Assembly (NCBI RefSeq): GCF_964204645.1
Contig: NC_134036.1
Coordinates: 6,801,304 to 6,865,303 of the forward strand
Reading direction: 5' to 3'
Origin: Tubulanus polymorphus
Taxonomy: Eukaryota > Animalia > Nemertea
DNA: 64,000 bases
The notes beneath the pieces were generated by a model. That model was given only the letters and a program-made list of their open reading frames with translations, did no database searches and was not told where the DNA came from. This document shows positions 24,701-37,555 of this stretch, one piece after another (position 1 is the stretch's first letter; each line of letters begins with the position of its first letter). The position numbers were made by a program, and so were the translations under genes.

Positions 24701-27700
24701 CAGTGAGGGAGGGAGGGAGGGAGGAACTAGGACAGTCGTCCGCCCGTTAGTCAGTGTGTCGGCGGTTGTTGTTCGAAAAACGACTAAGTGCTGACCGGGC
24801 CATGAACAGCGTTACGACCCGGCACCGGTCAGGAAGGGAGGGAGGGTGGCAGTAGGTCGGTCGTCCGTTCGTTGGTCAGTGTGCCGGCGGTGGTAGTTCG
24901 AAAAACGACTAAGTGCTGACCGGGCCTTGATCAGCGTTACGACCCGGTGCAGTGAGGGAGGGAGGGAGGGAGGCAGTAGGTCGGTCGTCCATCCGTTCGT
25001 CAGTGTGCCGGCGATGGTTGTTCGAAAAACGACTAAGTGCTGACCGGGCCTTGATCAGCGTTACGACCCGGTGCAGTGAGGGAGGGAGGGAGGCACTAGG
25101 ACAGTCGTCCGCCCGTTAGTCAGTGTGCCGGCGGTGGTTGTTCGAAAAACGACTAAGTGCTGACCGGGCCTTGATCAGCGTTACGACCCGGCACCGGTCA
25201 GGGAGGGAGGGAGGGAGGCAGTAGGTCGGTCGTCCGTCCGTTCGTCACTGTGCCGGCGGTGGTAGTTCGAAAAACGACTAAGTGCTGACCGGGCCTTGAT
25301 CAGCGTTACGACCCGGAGCATTGAGGGAGGGAGGGAGGCAGTAGGTCGGTCGTCCGTCCGTTTGTCAGTGTGCCGGCAGTGATGGTTGTTCGAAAAAATG
25401 ACTTAGTGCTGACCGGGCCTTGATCAGCGTTACGACCCGGCACCGGTCAGGGAGGGAGGGAGGGAGGCAGTAGGTCGGTCGTCCGTCCGTTCGTCACTGT
25501 GCCGGCGGTGGTAGTTCGAAAAACGAATAAGTGCTGACCGGGCCTTGATCAGCGTTACGACCCGGAGCTTTGAGGGAGGGAGGGAGGCAGTAGGTCGGTC
25601 GTCCGTCCGTTTGTCAGTGTGCCGGCAGTGATGGTTGTTCGAAAAAATGACTAAGGGCTGACCGGGCCTTGATCAGCGTTACGACCCGGCGCTGGTCAGG
25701 GCGGGAGGGAGGGAGGCAGTAGGTCGGTCGTCCATCCGTTCGTCAGTGTGCCGGCGGTGATAGTTCGAAAAACGACTAAGTGCTGACCGGGCCTAGATCA
25801 GCGTTACGACCCGGTGCAGTGAGGGAGGGAGGGAGGCAGTAGGTCGGTCGTCCGTCCGGTCGTCAGTGTGCCGGCGGTGGTTGTTCGAAAAACGACTAAG
25901 TGCTGACCGGGCCATGATCAGCGTTACGACCCGGTGCAGTGAGGGAGGGAGGGAGGAACTAGGACAGTCGTCCGCCCGTTAGTCAGTGTGTCGGCGGTTG
26001 TTGTTCGAAAAACGACTAAGTGCTGACCGGGCCATGAACAGCGTTACGACCCGGCACCGGTCAGGAAGAGAGGAAGGGTGTTAGTAGGTCGGTCGTCCAT
26101 CCGTTCGTCAGTGTGCCGGCGGTGGTAGTTCGAAAAACGACTAAGTGCTGACCGGGCCTTGATCAGCGTTACGACCCGGTACAGTGAGGGAGGGAGGGAG
26201 GCAGTAGGTCGGTCGTCCGTCCGTTCGTCAGTGTGCCGGCGGTGGTTGTTCGAAAAACGACTAAGTGCTGACCGGGTCATGATCAGCGTTACGACCCGGT
26301 GCAGTGAGGGAGGGAGGGAGGGAGGGAGGCAGTAGGTCGGTCGTCCATCCGTTCGTCAGTGTGCCGGCGGTGGTTGTTCGAAAAACGACTAAGTGCTGAC
26401 CGGGCCTTGATCAGCGTTACGACCCGGTGCAGTGAGGGAGGGAGGGAGGGAGGCAGTAGGTCGGTCGTCCATCCGTTCGTCAGTGTGCCGGCGGTGGTTG
26501 TTCGAAAAACGACTAAGTGCTGACCGGGCCATGAACAGCGTTACGACCCGGCACCGGTCAGGAAGGGAGGGAGGGTGGCAGTAGGTCGGTCGTCCGTTCG
26601 TTCGTCAGTGTGCCGGCGGTGGTTGTTCGAAAAACGACTAAGTGCTGACCGGGCCATGAACAGCGTTACGACCCGGCACCGGTCAGGAAGGGAGGGAGGG
26701 TGGCAGTAGGTCGGTCGTCCGTTCGTTGGTCAGTGTGCCGGCGGTGGTAGTTCGAAAAACGACTAAGTGCTGACCGGGCCATGAACAGCGTTACGACCCG
26801 GCACCGGTCAGGAAGGGAGGGAGGGTGGCAGTAGGTCGGTCGTCCATCCGTTCGTCAGTGTGCCGGCGGTGGTAGTTCGAAAAACGACTAAGTGCTGACC
26901 GGGCCTTTATCAGCGTTACGACCCGGTACAGTGAGGGAGGGAGGGAGGCAGTAGGTCGGTCGTCCGTCCGTTCGTCAGTGTGCCGGCGGTGGTTGTTCGA
27001 AAAACGACTAAGTGCTGACCGGGTCATGATCAGCGTTACGACCCGGTGCAGTGAGGGAGGGAGGGAGGGAGGCAGTAGGTCGGTCGTCCATCCGTTCGTC
27101 AGTGTGCCGGCGATGGTTGTTCGAAAAACGACTAAGTGCTGACCGGGCCTTGATCAGCGTTACGACCCGGTGCAGTGAGGGAGGGAGGGAGGCACTAGGA
27201 CAGTCGTCCGCCCGTTAGTCAGTGTGCCGGCGGTGGTTGTTCGAAAAACGACTAAGTGCTGACCGGGCCTTGATCAGCGTTACGACCCGGCACCGGTCAG
27301 GGAGGGAGGGAGGGAGGCAGTAGGTCGGTCGTCCGTCCGTTCGTCACTGTGCCGGCGGTGGTAGTTCGAAAAACGACTAAGTGCTGACCGGGCCTTGATC
27401 AGCGTTACGACCCGGCGCTGGTCAGGGCGGGAGGGAGGGAGGCAGTAGGTCGGTCGTCCATCCGTTCGTCAGTGTGCCGGCGGTGGTAGTTCGAAAAACG
27501 ACTAAGTGCTGACCGGGTCATGATCAGCGTTACGACCCGGTGCAGTGAGGGAGGGAGGGAGGGAGGCAGTAGGTCGGTCGTCCATCCGTTCGTCAGTGTG
27601 CCGGCGGTGGTTGTTCGAAAAACGACTAAGTGCTTACCGGGCCTTGATCAGCGTTACGACCCGGTGCAGTGAGGGAGGGAGGGAGGGAGGCAGTAGGTCG

Positions 27701-28148
27701 GTCGTCCATCCGTTCGTCAGTGTGCCGGCGGTGGTTGTTCGAAAAACGACTAAGTGCTGACCGGGCCATGATCAGCGTTACGACCCGGTGCAGTGAGGGA
27801 GGGAGGGAGGCACTAGGACAGTCGTCCGCCCGTTAGTCAGTGTGTCGGCGGTTGTTGTTCGAAAAACGACTAAGTGCTGACCGGGCCATGAACAGCGTTA
27901 CGACCCGGCACCGGTCAGGGAGGGAGGCAGTAGGTCGGTCGTCCGTCCGTTCGTCATTGTGCCGGCGGTGGTAGTTCGAAAAACGACTAAGTGCTGACCG
28001 GGCCTTGATCAGCGTTACGACCCGGAGCATTGAGGGAGGGAGGGAGGCAGTAGGTCGGTCGTCCGTCCGTTTGTCAGTGTGCCGGCAGCGATGGTTGTTC
28101 GAAAAATGACTAAGGGCTGACCGGGCCTTGATCAGCGTTACGACCCGG
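21759..28148 (+). repeat. Near-identical segmental copy of array positions 1-6386 (offset 21758, then 21762)
   Basis: The same order of monomer variants occurs, including rare ones (GGGTTATGCTCAG at ~953 and ~22711; GGAAGAGAGGAAGGGTGTTAG; GTGCTTACC). ORF-track pairs 236/21994, 944/22702, 1826/23584 and 4286/26044 share the offset. One extra GGGA near 26310 shifts it by 4. Confidence 0.93.
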
Positions 28149-31100
28149 AGCATTGAGGGAGGGAGGGAGGCAGTAGGTCGGTCGTCCATCCGTTCGTCAG
28201 TGTGCCGGCGGTGGTAGTTCGAAAAACGACTAAGTGCTGACCGGGCCTAGATCAGCGTTACGACCCGGTGCAGTGAGGGAGGGAGGGAGGCAGTAGGTCG
28301 GTCGTCCGTCCGGTCGTCAGTGTGCCGGCGGTGGTTGTTCGAAAAACGACTAAGTGCTGACCGGGCCATGAACAGCGTTACGACCCGGCACCGGTCAGGA
28401 AGGGAGGGAGGGTGGCAGTAGGTCGGTCGTCCGTCCGTTCGTCAGTGTGCCGGCGGTGGTAGTTCGAAAAACGACTAAGTGCTGACCGGGCCATGAACAG
28501 CGTTACGACCCGGCACCGGTCAGGAAGGGAGGGAGGGTGGCAGTAGGTCGGTCGTCCATCCGTTCGTCAGTGTGCCGGCGGTGGTAGTTCGAAAAACGAC
28601 TAAGTGCTGACCGGGCCTTGATCAGCGTTACGACCCGGTACAGTGAGGGAGGGAGGCAGTAGGTCGGTCGTCCGTCCGTTCGTCAGTGTGCCGGCGGTGG
28701 TTGTTCGAAAAACGACTAAGTGCTGACCGGGTCATGATCAGCGTTACGACCCGGTGCAGTGAGGGAGGGAGGGAGGGAGGCAGTAGGTCGGTCGTCCATC
28801 CGTTCGTCAGTGTGCCGGCGATGGTTGTTCGAAAAACGACTAAGTGCTGACCGGGCCTTGATCAGCGTTACGACCCGGTGCAGTGAGGGAGGGAGGGAGG
28901 CACTAGGACAGTCGTCCGCCCGTTAGTCAGTGTGCCGGCGGTTGTTGTTCGAAAAACGACTAAGTGCTGACCGGGCCTTGATCAGCGTTACGACCCGGCA
29001 CCGGTCAGGGAGGGAGGGAGGGAGGCAGTAGGTCGGTCGTCCGTCCGTTCGTCACTGTGCCGGCGGTGGTAGTTCGAAAAACGACTAAGTGCTGACCGGG
29101 CCTTGATCAGCGTTACGACCCGGAGCTTTGAGGGAGGGAGGGAGGCAGTAGGTCGGTCGTCCGTCCGTTTGTCAGTGTGCCGGCAGTGATGGTTGTTCGA
29201 AAAAATGACTAAGGGCTGACCGGGCCTTGATCAGCGTTACGACCCGGCGCTGGTCAGGGCGGGAGGGAGGGAGGCAGTAGGTCGGTCGTCCATCCGTTCG
29301 TCAGTGTGCCGGCGGTGGTAGTTCGAAAAACGACTAAGTGCTGACCGGGCCTAGATCAGCGTTACGACCCGGTGCAGTGAGGGAGGGAGGGAGGCAGTAG
29401 GTCGGTCGTCCGTCCGGTCGTCAGTGTGCCGGCGGTGGTTGTTCGAAAAACGACTAAGTGCTGACCGGGCCATGATCAGCGTTACGACCCGGAGCAGTGA
29501 GGGAGGGAGGGAGGCAGTAGGTCGGTCGTCTGTCCGTTCGCCAGTGTGCCGGCGGTGGTTGTTCGAAAAACGACTAAGTGCTGACCGGGCCTTGATCAGC
29601 GTTACGACCCGGAGCATTGAGGGAGGGAGGGAGGGAGTAGGTCGGTCGTCCGTCCGTTTGTCAGTGTGCCGGCAGTGATGGTTGTTCGAAAAACGACTAA
29701 GGGCTGACCGGGCCTTAATCAGCGTTACGACCCGGCGCTGGTCAGGGAGGGAGGGAGGGAGGCAGTAGGTCGGTCGTCCGTCCGTTCGTCATTGTGCCGG
29801 CGGTGATAGTTCGAAAAACGACTAAGTGCTGACCGGGCCTTGATCAGCGTTACGACCCGGTGCAGTGAGGGAGGGAGGGAGGAACTAGGACAGTCGTCCG
29901 CCCGTTAGTCAGTGTGTCGGCGGTTGTTGTTCGAAAAACGACTAAGTGCTGACCGGGCCATGAACAGCGTTACGACCCGGCACCGGTCAGGAAGGGAGGG
30001 AGGGTGGCAGTAGGTCGGTCGTCCGTTCGTTGGTCAGTGTGCCGGCGGTGGTAGTTCGAAAAACGACTAAGTGCTGACCGGGCCTTGATCAGCGTTACGA
30101 CCCGGTGCAGTGAGGGAGGGAGGGAGGGAGGAACTAGGACAGTCGTCCGCCCGTTAGTCAGTGTGTCGGCGGTTGTTGTTCGAAAAACGACTAAGTGCTG
30201 ACCGGGCCATGAACAGCGTTACGACCCGGCACCGGTCAGGGAGGGAGGCAGTAGGTCGGTCGTCCGTCCGTTCGTCATTGTGCCGGCGGTGGTAGTTCGA
30301 AAAACGACTAAGTGCTGACCGGGCCTTGATCAGCGTTACGACCCGGTGCAGTGAGGGAGGGAGGGAGGGAGGCAGTAGGTCGGTCGTCCGTCCGTTCGTC
30401 AGTGTGCCGGCGGTGGTAGTTCGAAAAACGACTAAGTGCTGACCGGGCCATGAACAGCGTTACGACCCGGCACCGGTCAGGAAGGGAGGGAGGGTGGCAG
30501 TAGGTCGGTCGTCCATCCGTTCGTCAGTGTGCCGGCGGTGGTAGTTCGAAAAACGACTAAGTGCTGAACGGGTTATGATCAGCGTTACGACCCGGTGCAG
30601 TGAGGGAGGGAGGGAGGGAGGCAGTAGGTCGGTCGTCCATCCGTTCGTCAGTGTGCCGGCGATGGTTGTTCGAAAAACGACTAAGTGCTGACCGGGCCTT
30701 GATCAGCGTTACGAACCGGTGCAGTGAGGGAGGGAGGGAGGCACTAGGACAGTCGTCCGCCCGTTAGTCAGTGTGCCGGCGGTGGTTGTTCGAAAAACGA
30801 CTAAGTGCTGACCGGGCCTTGATCAGCGTTACGACCCGGCACCGGTCAGGGAGGGAGGGAGGGAGGCAGTAGGTCGGTCGTCCGTCCGTTCGTCACTGTG
30901 CCGGCGGTGGTAGTTCGAAAAACGACTAAGTGCTGACCGGGCCTTGATCAGCGTTACGACCCGGAGCATTGAGGGAGGGAGGGAGGCAGTAGGTCGGTCG
31001 TCCGTCCGTTTGTCAGTGTGCCGGCAGTGATGGTTGTTCGAAAAAATGACTAAGGGCTGACCGGGCCTTGATCAGCGTTACGACCCGGCGCTGGTCAGGG

Positions 31101-31620
31101 CGGGAGGGAGGGAGGCAGTAGGTCGGTCGTCCATCCGTTCGTCAGTGTGCCGGCGGTGGTAGTTCGAAAAACGACTAAGTGCTGACCGGGCCTAGATCAG
31201 CGTTACGACCCGGTGCAGTGAGGGAGGGAGGGAGGCAGTAGGTCGGTCGTCCGTCCGGTCGTCAATGTGCTGGCGGTGGTTGTTCGAAAAACGACTAAGT
31301 GCTGACCGGGCCTTGATCAGCGTTACGACCCGGTGCAGTGAGGGAGGGAGGGAGGAACTAGGACAGTCGTCCGCCCGTTAGTCAGTGTGTCGGCGGTTGT
31401 TGTTCGAAAAACGACTAAGTGCTGACCGGGCCATGAACAGCGTTACGACCCGGCACCGGTCAGGAAGGGAGGGAGAGTGGCAGTAGGTCGGTCGTCCGTT
31501 CGTTGGTCAGTGTGCCGGCGGTGGTAGTTCGAAAAACGACTAAGTGCTGACCGGGCCTTGATCAGCGTTACGACCCGGAGCAGTGAGGGAGGGAGGGAGG
31601 CAGTAGGTCGGTCGTCCGTC

Positions 31621-34600
31621 CGTTCGTCAGTGTGCCGGCGGTGGTAGTTCGAAAAACGACTAAGTGCTGACCGGGCCTAGATCAGCGTTACGACCCGGTG
31701 CAGTGAGGGAGGGAGGGAGGCAGTAGGTCGGTCGTCCGTCCGGTCGTCAGTGTGCCGGCGGTGGTTGTTCGAAAAACGACTAAGTGCTGACCGGGCCATG
31801 ATCAGCGTTACGACCCGGTAGAGTGAGGGAGGGAGGGAGGAACTAGGACAGTCGTCCGCCCGTTAGTCAGTGTGTCGGCGGTTGTTGTTCGAAAAACGAC
31901 TAAGTGCTGACCGGGCCATGAACAGCGTTACGACCCGGCACCGGTCAGGAAGGGAGGGAGGGTGGCAGTAGGTCGGTCGTCCGTTCGTTGGTCAGTGTGC
32001 CGGCGGTGGTAGTTCGAAAAACGACTAAGTGCTGACCGGGCCTTGATCAGCGTTACGACCCGGGGCAGTGAGGGAGGGAGGGAGGCAGTAGGTCGGTCGT
32101 CCGTCCGTTCGTCAGTGTGCCGGCGGTGGTAGTTCGAAAAACGACTAAGTGCTGACCGGGCCATGAACAGCGTTACGACCCGGCACCGGTCAGGAAGGGA
32201 GGAAGGGTGTTAGTAGGTCGGTCGTCCATCCGTTCGTCAGTGTGCCGGCGGTGGTAGTTCGAAAAACGACTAAGTGCTGACCGGGCCTTGATCAGCGTTA
32301 CGACCCGGTACAGTGAGGGAGGGAGGGAGGCAGTAGGTCGGTCGTCCGTCCGTTCGTCAGTGTGCCGGCGGTGGTTGTTCGAAAAACGACTAAGTGCTGA
32401 CCGGGTCATGATCAGCGTTACGACCCGGTGCAGTGAGGGAGGGAGGGAGGGAGGCAGTAGGTCGGTCGTCCATCCGTTCGTCAGTGTGCCGGCGGTGGTT
32501 GTTCGAAAAACGACTAAGTGCTGACCGGGCCTTGATCAGCGTTACGACCCGGTGCAGTGAGGGAGGGAGGGAGGGAGGCAGTAGGTCGGTCGTCCATCCG
32601 TTCGTCAGTGTGCCGGCGGTGGTTGTTCGAAAAACGACTAAGTGCTGACCGGGCCATGAACAGCGTTACGACCCGGCACCGGTCAGGAAGGGAGGGAGGG
32701 TGGCAGTAGGTCGATCGTCCGTTCGTTCGTCAGTGTGCCGGCGGTGGTTGTTCGAAAAACGACTAAGTGCTGACCGGGCCATGAACAGCGTTACGACCCG
32801 GCACCGGTCAGGAAGGGAGGGAGGGTGGCAGTAGGTCGGTCGTCCGTTCGTTGGTCAGTGTGCCGGCGGTGGTAGTTCGAAAAACGACTAAGTGCTGACC
32901 GGGCCTTGATCAGCGTTACGACCCGGTGCAGTGAGGGAGGGAGGGAGGCAGTAGGTCGGTCGTCCGTCCGTTCGTCAGTGTGCCGGCGGTGGTTGTTCGA
33001 AAAACGACTAAGTGCTGACCGGGCCATGAACAGCGTTACGACCCGGCACCGGTCAGGAAGGGAGGGAGGGTGGCAGTAGGTCGGTCGTCCGTTCGTTGGT
33101 CAGTGTGCCGGCGGTGGTAGTTCGAAAAACGACTAAGTGCTGACCGGGCCATGAACAGCGTTACGACCCGGCACCGGTCAGGAAGGGAGGGAGGGTGGCA
33201 GTAGGTCGGTCGTCCATCCGTTCGTCAGTGTGCCGGCGGTGGTGTTTCGAAAAACGACTAAGTGCTTACCGGGCCTTGATCAGCGTTACGACCCGGTGCA
33301 GTGAGGGAGGGAGGGAGGGAGGCAGTAGGTCGGTCGTCCATCCGTTCGTCAGTGTGCCGGCGGTGGTTGTTCGAAAAACGACTAAGTGCTGACCGGGCCA
33401 TGATCAGCGTTACGACCCGGTGCAGTGAGGGAGGGAGGGAGGCACTAGGACAGTCGTCCGCCCGTTAGTCAGTGTGTCGGCGGTTGTTGTTCGAAAAACG
33501 ACTAAGTGCTGACCGGGCCATGAACAGCGTTACGACCCGGCACCGGTCAGGGAGGGAGGCAGTAGGTCGGTCGTCCGTCCGTTCGTCATTGTGCCGGCGG
33601 TGGTAGTTCGAAAAACGACTAAGTGCTGACCGGGCCTTGATCAGCGTTACGACCCGGAGCATTGAGGGAGGGAGGGAGGCAGTAGGTCGGTCGTCCGTCC
33701 GTTTGTCAGTGTGCCGGCAGCGATGGTTGTTCGAAAAATGACTAAGGGCTGACCGGGCCTTGATCAGCGTTACGACCCGGAGCATTGAGGGAGGGAGGGA
33801 GGCAGTAGGTCGGTCGTCCATCCGTTCGTCAGTGTGCCGGCGGTGGTAGTTCGAAAAACGACTAAGTGCTGACCGGGCCATGAACAGCGTTACGACCCGG
33901 CACCGGTCAGGAAGGGAGGGAGGGTGGCAGTAGGTCGGTCGTCCGTCCGTTCGTCAGTGTGCCGGCGGTGGTAGTTCGAAAAACGACTAAGTGCTGACCG
34001 GGCCATGAACAGCGTTACGACCCGGCACCGGTCAGAAAGGGAGGGAGGGTGGCAGTAGGTCGGTCGTCCATCCGTTCGTCAGTGTGCCGGCGGTGGTAGT
34101 TCGAAAAACGACTAAGTGCTGACCGGGCCTTGATCAGCGTTACGACCCGGTACAGTGAGGGAGGGAGGGAGGCAGTAGGTCGGTCGTCCGTCCGTTCGTC
34201 AGTGTGCCGGCGGTGGTTGTTCGAAAAACGACTAAGTGCTGACCGGGTCATGATCAGCGTTACGACCCGGTGCAGTGAGGGAGGGAGGGAGGGAGGCAGT
34301 AGGTCGGTCGTCCATCCGTTCGTCAGTGTGCCGGCGATGGTTGTTCGAAAAACGACTAAGTGCTGACCGGGCCTTGATCAGCGTTACGACCCGGTGCAGT
34401 GAGGGAGGGAGGGAGGCACTAGGACAGTCGTCCGCCCGTTAGTCAGTGTGCCGGCGGTGGTTGTTCGAAAAACGACTAGGTGCTGACCGGGCCTTGATCA
34501 GCGTTACGACCCGGTGCAGTGAGGGAGGGAGGGAGGGAGGCAGTAGGTCGGTCGTCCATCCGTTCGTCAGTGTGCCGGCGATGGTTGTTCGAAAAACGAC

Positions 34601-37555
34601 TAAGTGCTGACCGGGCCTTGATCAGCGTTACGACCCGGTGCAGTGAGGGAGGGAGGGAGGCACTAGGACAGTCGTCCGCCCGTTAGTCAGTGTGCCGGCG
34701 GTGGTTGTTCGAAAAACGACTAAGTGCTGACCGGGCCTTGATCAGCGTTACGACCCGGAGCTTTGAGGGAGGGAGGGAGGCAGTAGGTCGGTCGTCCGTC
34801 CGTTTGTCAGTGTGCCGGCAGTGATGGTTGTTCGAAAAAATGACTAAGGGCTGACCGGGCCTTGATCAGCGTTACGACCCGGCGCTGGTCAGGGCGGGAG
34901 GGAGGGAGGCAGTAGGTCGGTCGTCCATCCGTTCGTCAGTGTGCCGGCGGTGGTAGTTCGAAAAACGACTAAGTGCTGACCGGGCCTAGATCAGCGTTAC
35001 GACCCGGTGCAGTGAGGGAGGGAGGGAGGCAGTAGGTCGGTCGTCCGTCCGGTCGTCAGTGTGCCGGCGGTGGTTGTTCGAAAAACGACTAAGTGCTGAC
35101 CGGGCCATGATCAGCGTTACGACCCGGTAGAGTGAGGGAGGGAGGGAGGAACTAGGACAGTCGTCCGCCCGTTAGTCAGTGTGTCGGCGGTTGTTGTTCG
35201 AAAAACGACTAAGTGCTGACCGGGCCATGAACAGCGTTACGACCCGGCACCGGTCAGGAAGGGAGGGAGGGTGGCAGTAGGTCGGTCGTCCGTTCGTTGG
35301 TCAGTGTGCCGGCGGTGGTAGTTCGAAAAACGACTAAGTGCTGACCGGGCCTTGATCAGCGTTACGACCCGGGGCAGTGAGGGAGGGAGGGAGGCAGTAG
35401 GTCGGTCGTCCGTCCATTCGTCAGTGTGCCGGCGGTGGTAGTTCGAAAAACGACTAAGTGCTGACCGGGCCATGAACAGCGTTACGACCCGGCACCGGTC
35501 AGGAAGGGAGGAAGGGTGTTAGTAGGTCGGTCGTCCATCCGTTCGTCAGTGTGCCGGCGGTGGTAGTTCGAAAAACGACTAAGTGCTGACCGGGCCTTGA
35601 TCAGCGTTACGACCCGGTACAGTGAGGGAGGGAGGGAGGCAGTAGGTCGGTCGTCCGTCCGTTCGTCAGTGTGCCGGCGGTGGTTGTTCGAAAAACGACT
35701 AAGTGCTGACCGGGTCATGATCAGCGTTACGACCCGGTGCAGTGAGGGAGGGAGGGAGGGAGGCAGTAGGTCGGTCGTCCATCCGTTCGTCAGTGTGCCG
35801 GCGGTGGTTGTTCGAAAAACGACTAAGTGCTGACCGGGCCTTGATCAGCGTTACGACCCGGTGCAGTGAGGGAGGGAGGGAGGGAGGCAGTAGGTCGGTC
35901 GTCCATCCGTTCGTCAGTGTGCCGGCGGTGGTTGTTCGAAAAACGACTAAGTGCTGACCGGGCCATGAACAGCGTTACGACCCGGCACCGGTCAGGAAGG
36001 GAGGGAGGGTGGCAGTAGGTCGATCGTCCGTTCGTTCGTCAGTGTGCCGGCGGTGGTTGTTCGAAAAACGACTAAGTGCTGACCGGGCCATGAACAGCGT
36101 TACGACCCGGCACCGGTCAGGAAGGGAGGGAGGGTGGCAGTAGGTCGGTCGTCCGTTCGTTGGTCAGTGTGCCGGCGGTGGTAGTTCGAAAAACGACTAA
36201 GTGCTGACCGGGCCTTGATCAGCGTTACGACCCGGTGCAGTGAGGGAGGGAGGGAGGCAGTAGGTCGGTCGTCCGTCCGTTCGTCAGTGTGCCGGCGGTG
36301 GTTGTTCGAAAAACGACTAAGTGCTGACCGGGCCATGAACAGCGTTACGACCCGGCACCGGTCAGGAAGGGAGGGAGGGTGGCAGTAGGTCGGTCGTCCG
36401 TTCGTTGGTCAGTGTGCCGGCGGTGGTAGTTCGAAAAACGACTAAGTGCTGACCGGGCCATGAACAGCGTTACGACCCGGCACCGGTCAGGAAGGGAGGG
36501 AGGGTGGCAGTAGGTCGGTCGTCCATCCGTTCGTCAGTGTGCCGGCGGTGGTGTTTCGAAAAACGACTAAGTGCTTACCGGGCCTTGATCAGCGTTACGA
36601 CCCGGTGCAGTGAGGGAGGGAGGGAGGGAGGCAGTAGGTCGGTCGTCCATCCGTTCGTCAGTGTGCCGGCGGTGGTTGTTCGAAAAACGACTAAGTGCTG
36701 ACCGGGCCATGATCAGCGTTACGACCCGGTGCAGTGAGGGAGGGAGGGAGGCACTAGGACAGTCGTCCGCCCGTTAGTCAGTGTGTCGGCGGTTGTTGTT
36801 CGAAAAACGACTAAGTGCTGACCGGGCCATGAACAGCGTTACGACCCGGCACCGGTCAGGGAGGGAGGCAGTAGGTCGGTCGTCCGTCCGTTCGTCATTG
36901 TGCCGGCGGTGGTAGTTCGAAAAACGACTAAGTGCTGACCGGGCCTTGATCAGCGTTACGACCCGGAGCATTGAGGGAGGGAGGGAGGCAGTAGGTCGGT
37001 CGTCCGTCCGTTTGTCAGTGTGCCGGCAGCGATGGTTGTTCGAAAAATGACTAAGGGCTGACCGGGCCTTGATCAGCGTTACGACCCGGAGCATTGAGGG
37101 AGGGAGGGAGGCAGTAGGTCGGTCGTCCATCCGTTCGTCAGTGTGCCGGCGGTGGTAGTTCGAAAAACGACTAAGTGCTGACCGGGCCATGAACAGCGTT
37201 ACGACCCGGCACCGGTCAGGAAGGGAGGGAGGGTGGCAGTAGGTCGGTCGTCCGTCCGTTCGTCAGTGTGCCGGCGGTGGTAGTTCGAAAAACGACTAAG
37301 TGCTGACCGGGCCATGAACAGCGTTACGACCCGGCACCGGTCAGAAAGGGAGGGAGGGTGGCAGTAGGTCGGTCGTCCATCCGTTCGTCAGTGTGCCGGC
37401 GGTGGTAGTTCGAAAAACGACTAAGTGCTGACCGGGCCTTGATCAGCGTTACGACCCGGTACAGTGAGGGAGGGAGGGAGGCAGTAGGTCGGTCGTCCGT
37501 CCGTTCGTCAGTGTGCCGGCGGTGGTTGTTCGAAAAACGACTAAGTGCTGACCGG
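31621..37555 (+). repeat. Higher-order duplication inside the satellite: 31621-34246 repeated at 34930-37555 (offset 3309, ~27 monomers)
   Basis: Private variants GGTAGAGTGAG, GGTCGATCG, GGTGTTTCGA and TCAGAAAGGG each occur twice 3309 bp apart. ORF-track pairs 31928/35237, 32791/36100, 33195/36504 and 34015/37324 agree. Confidence 0.9.
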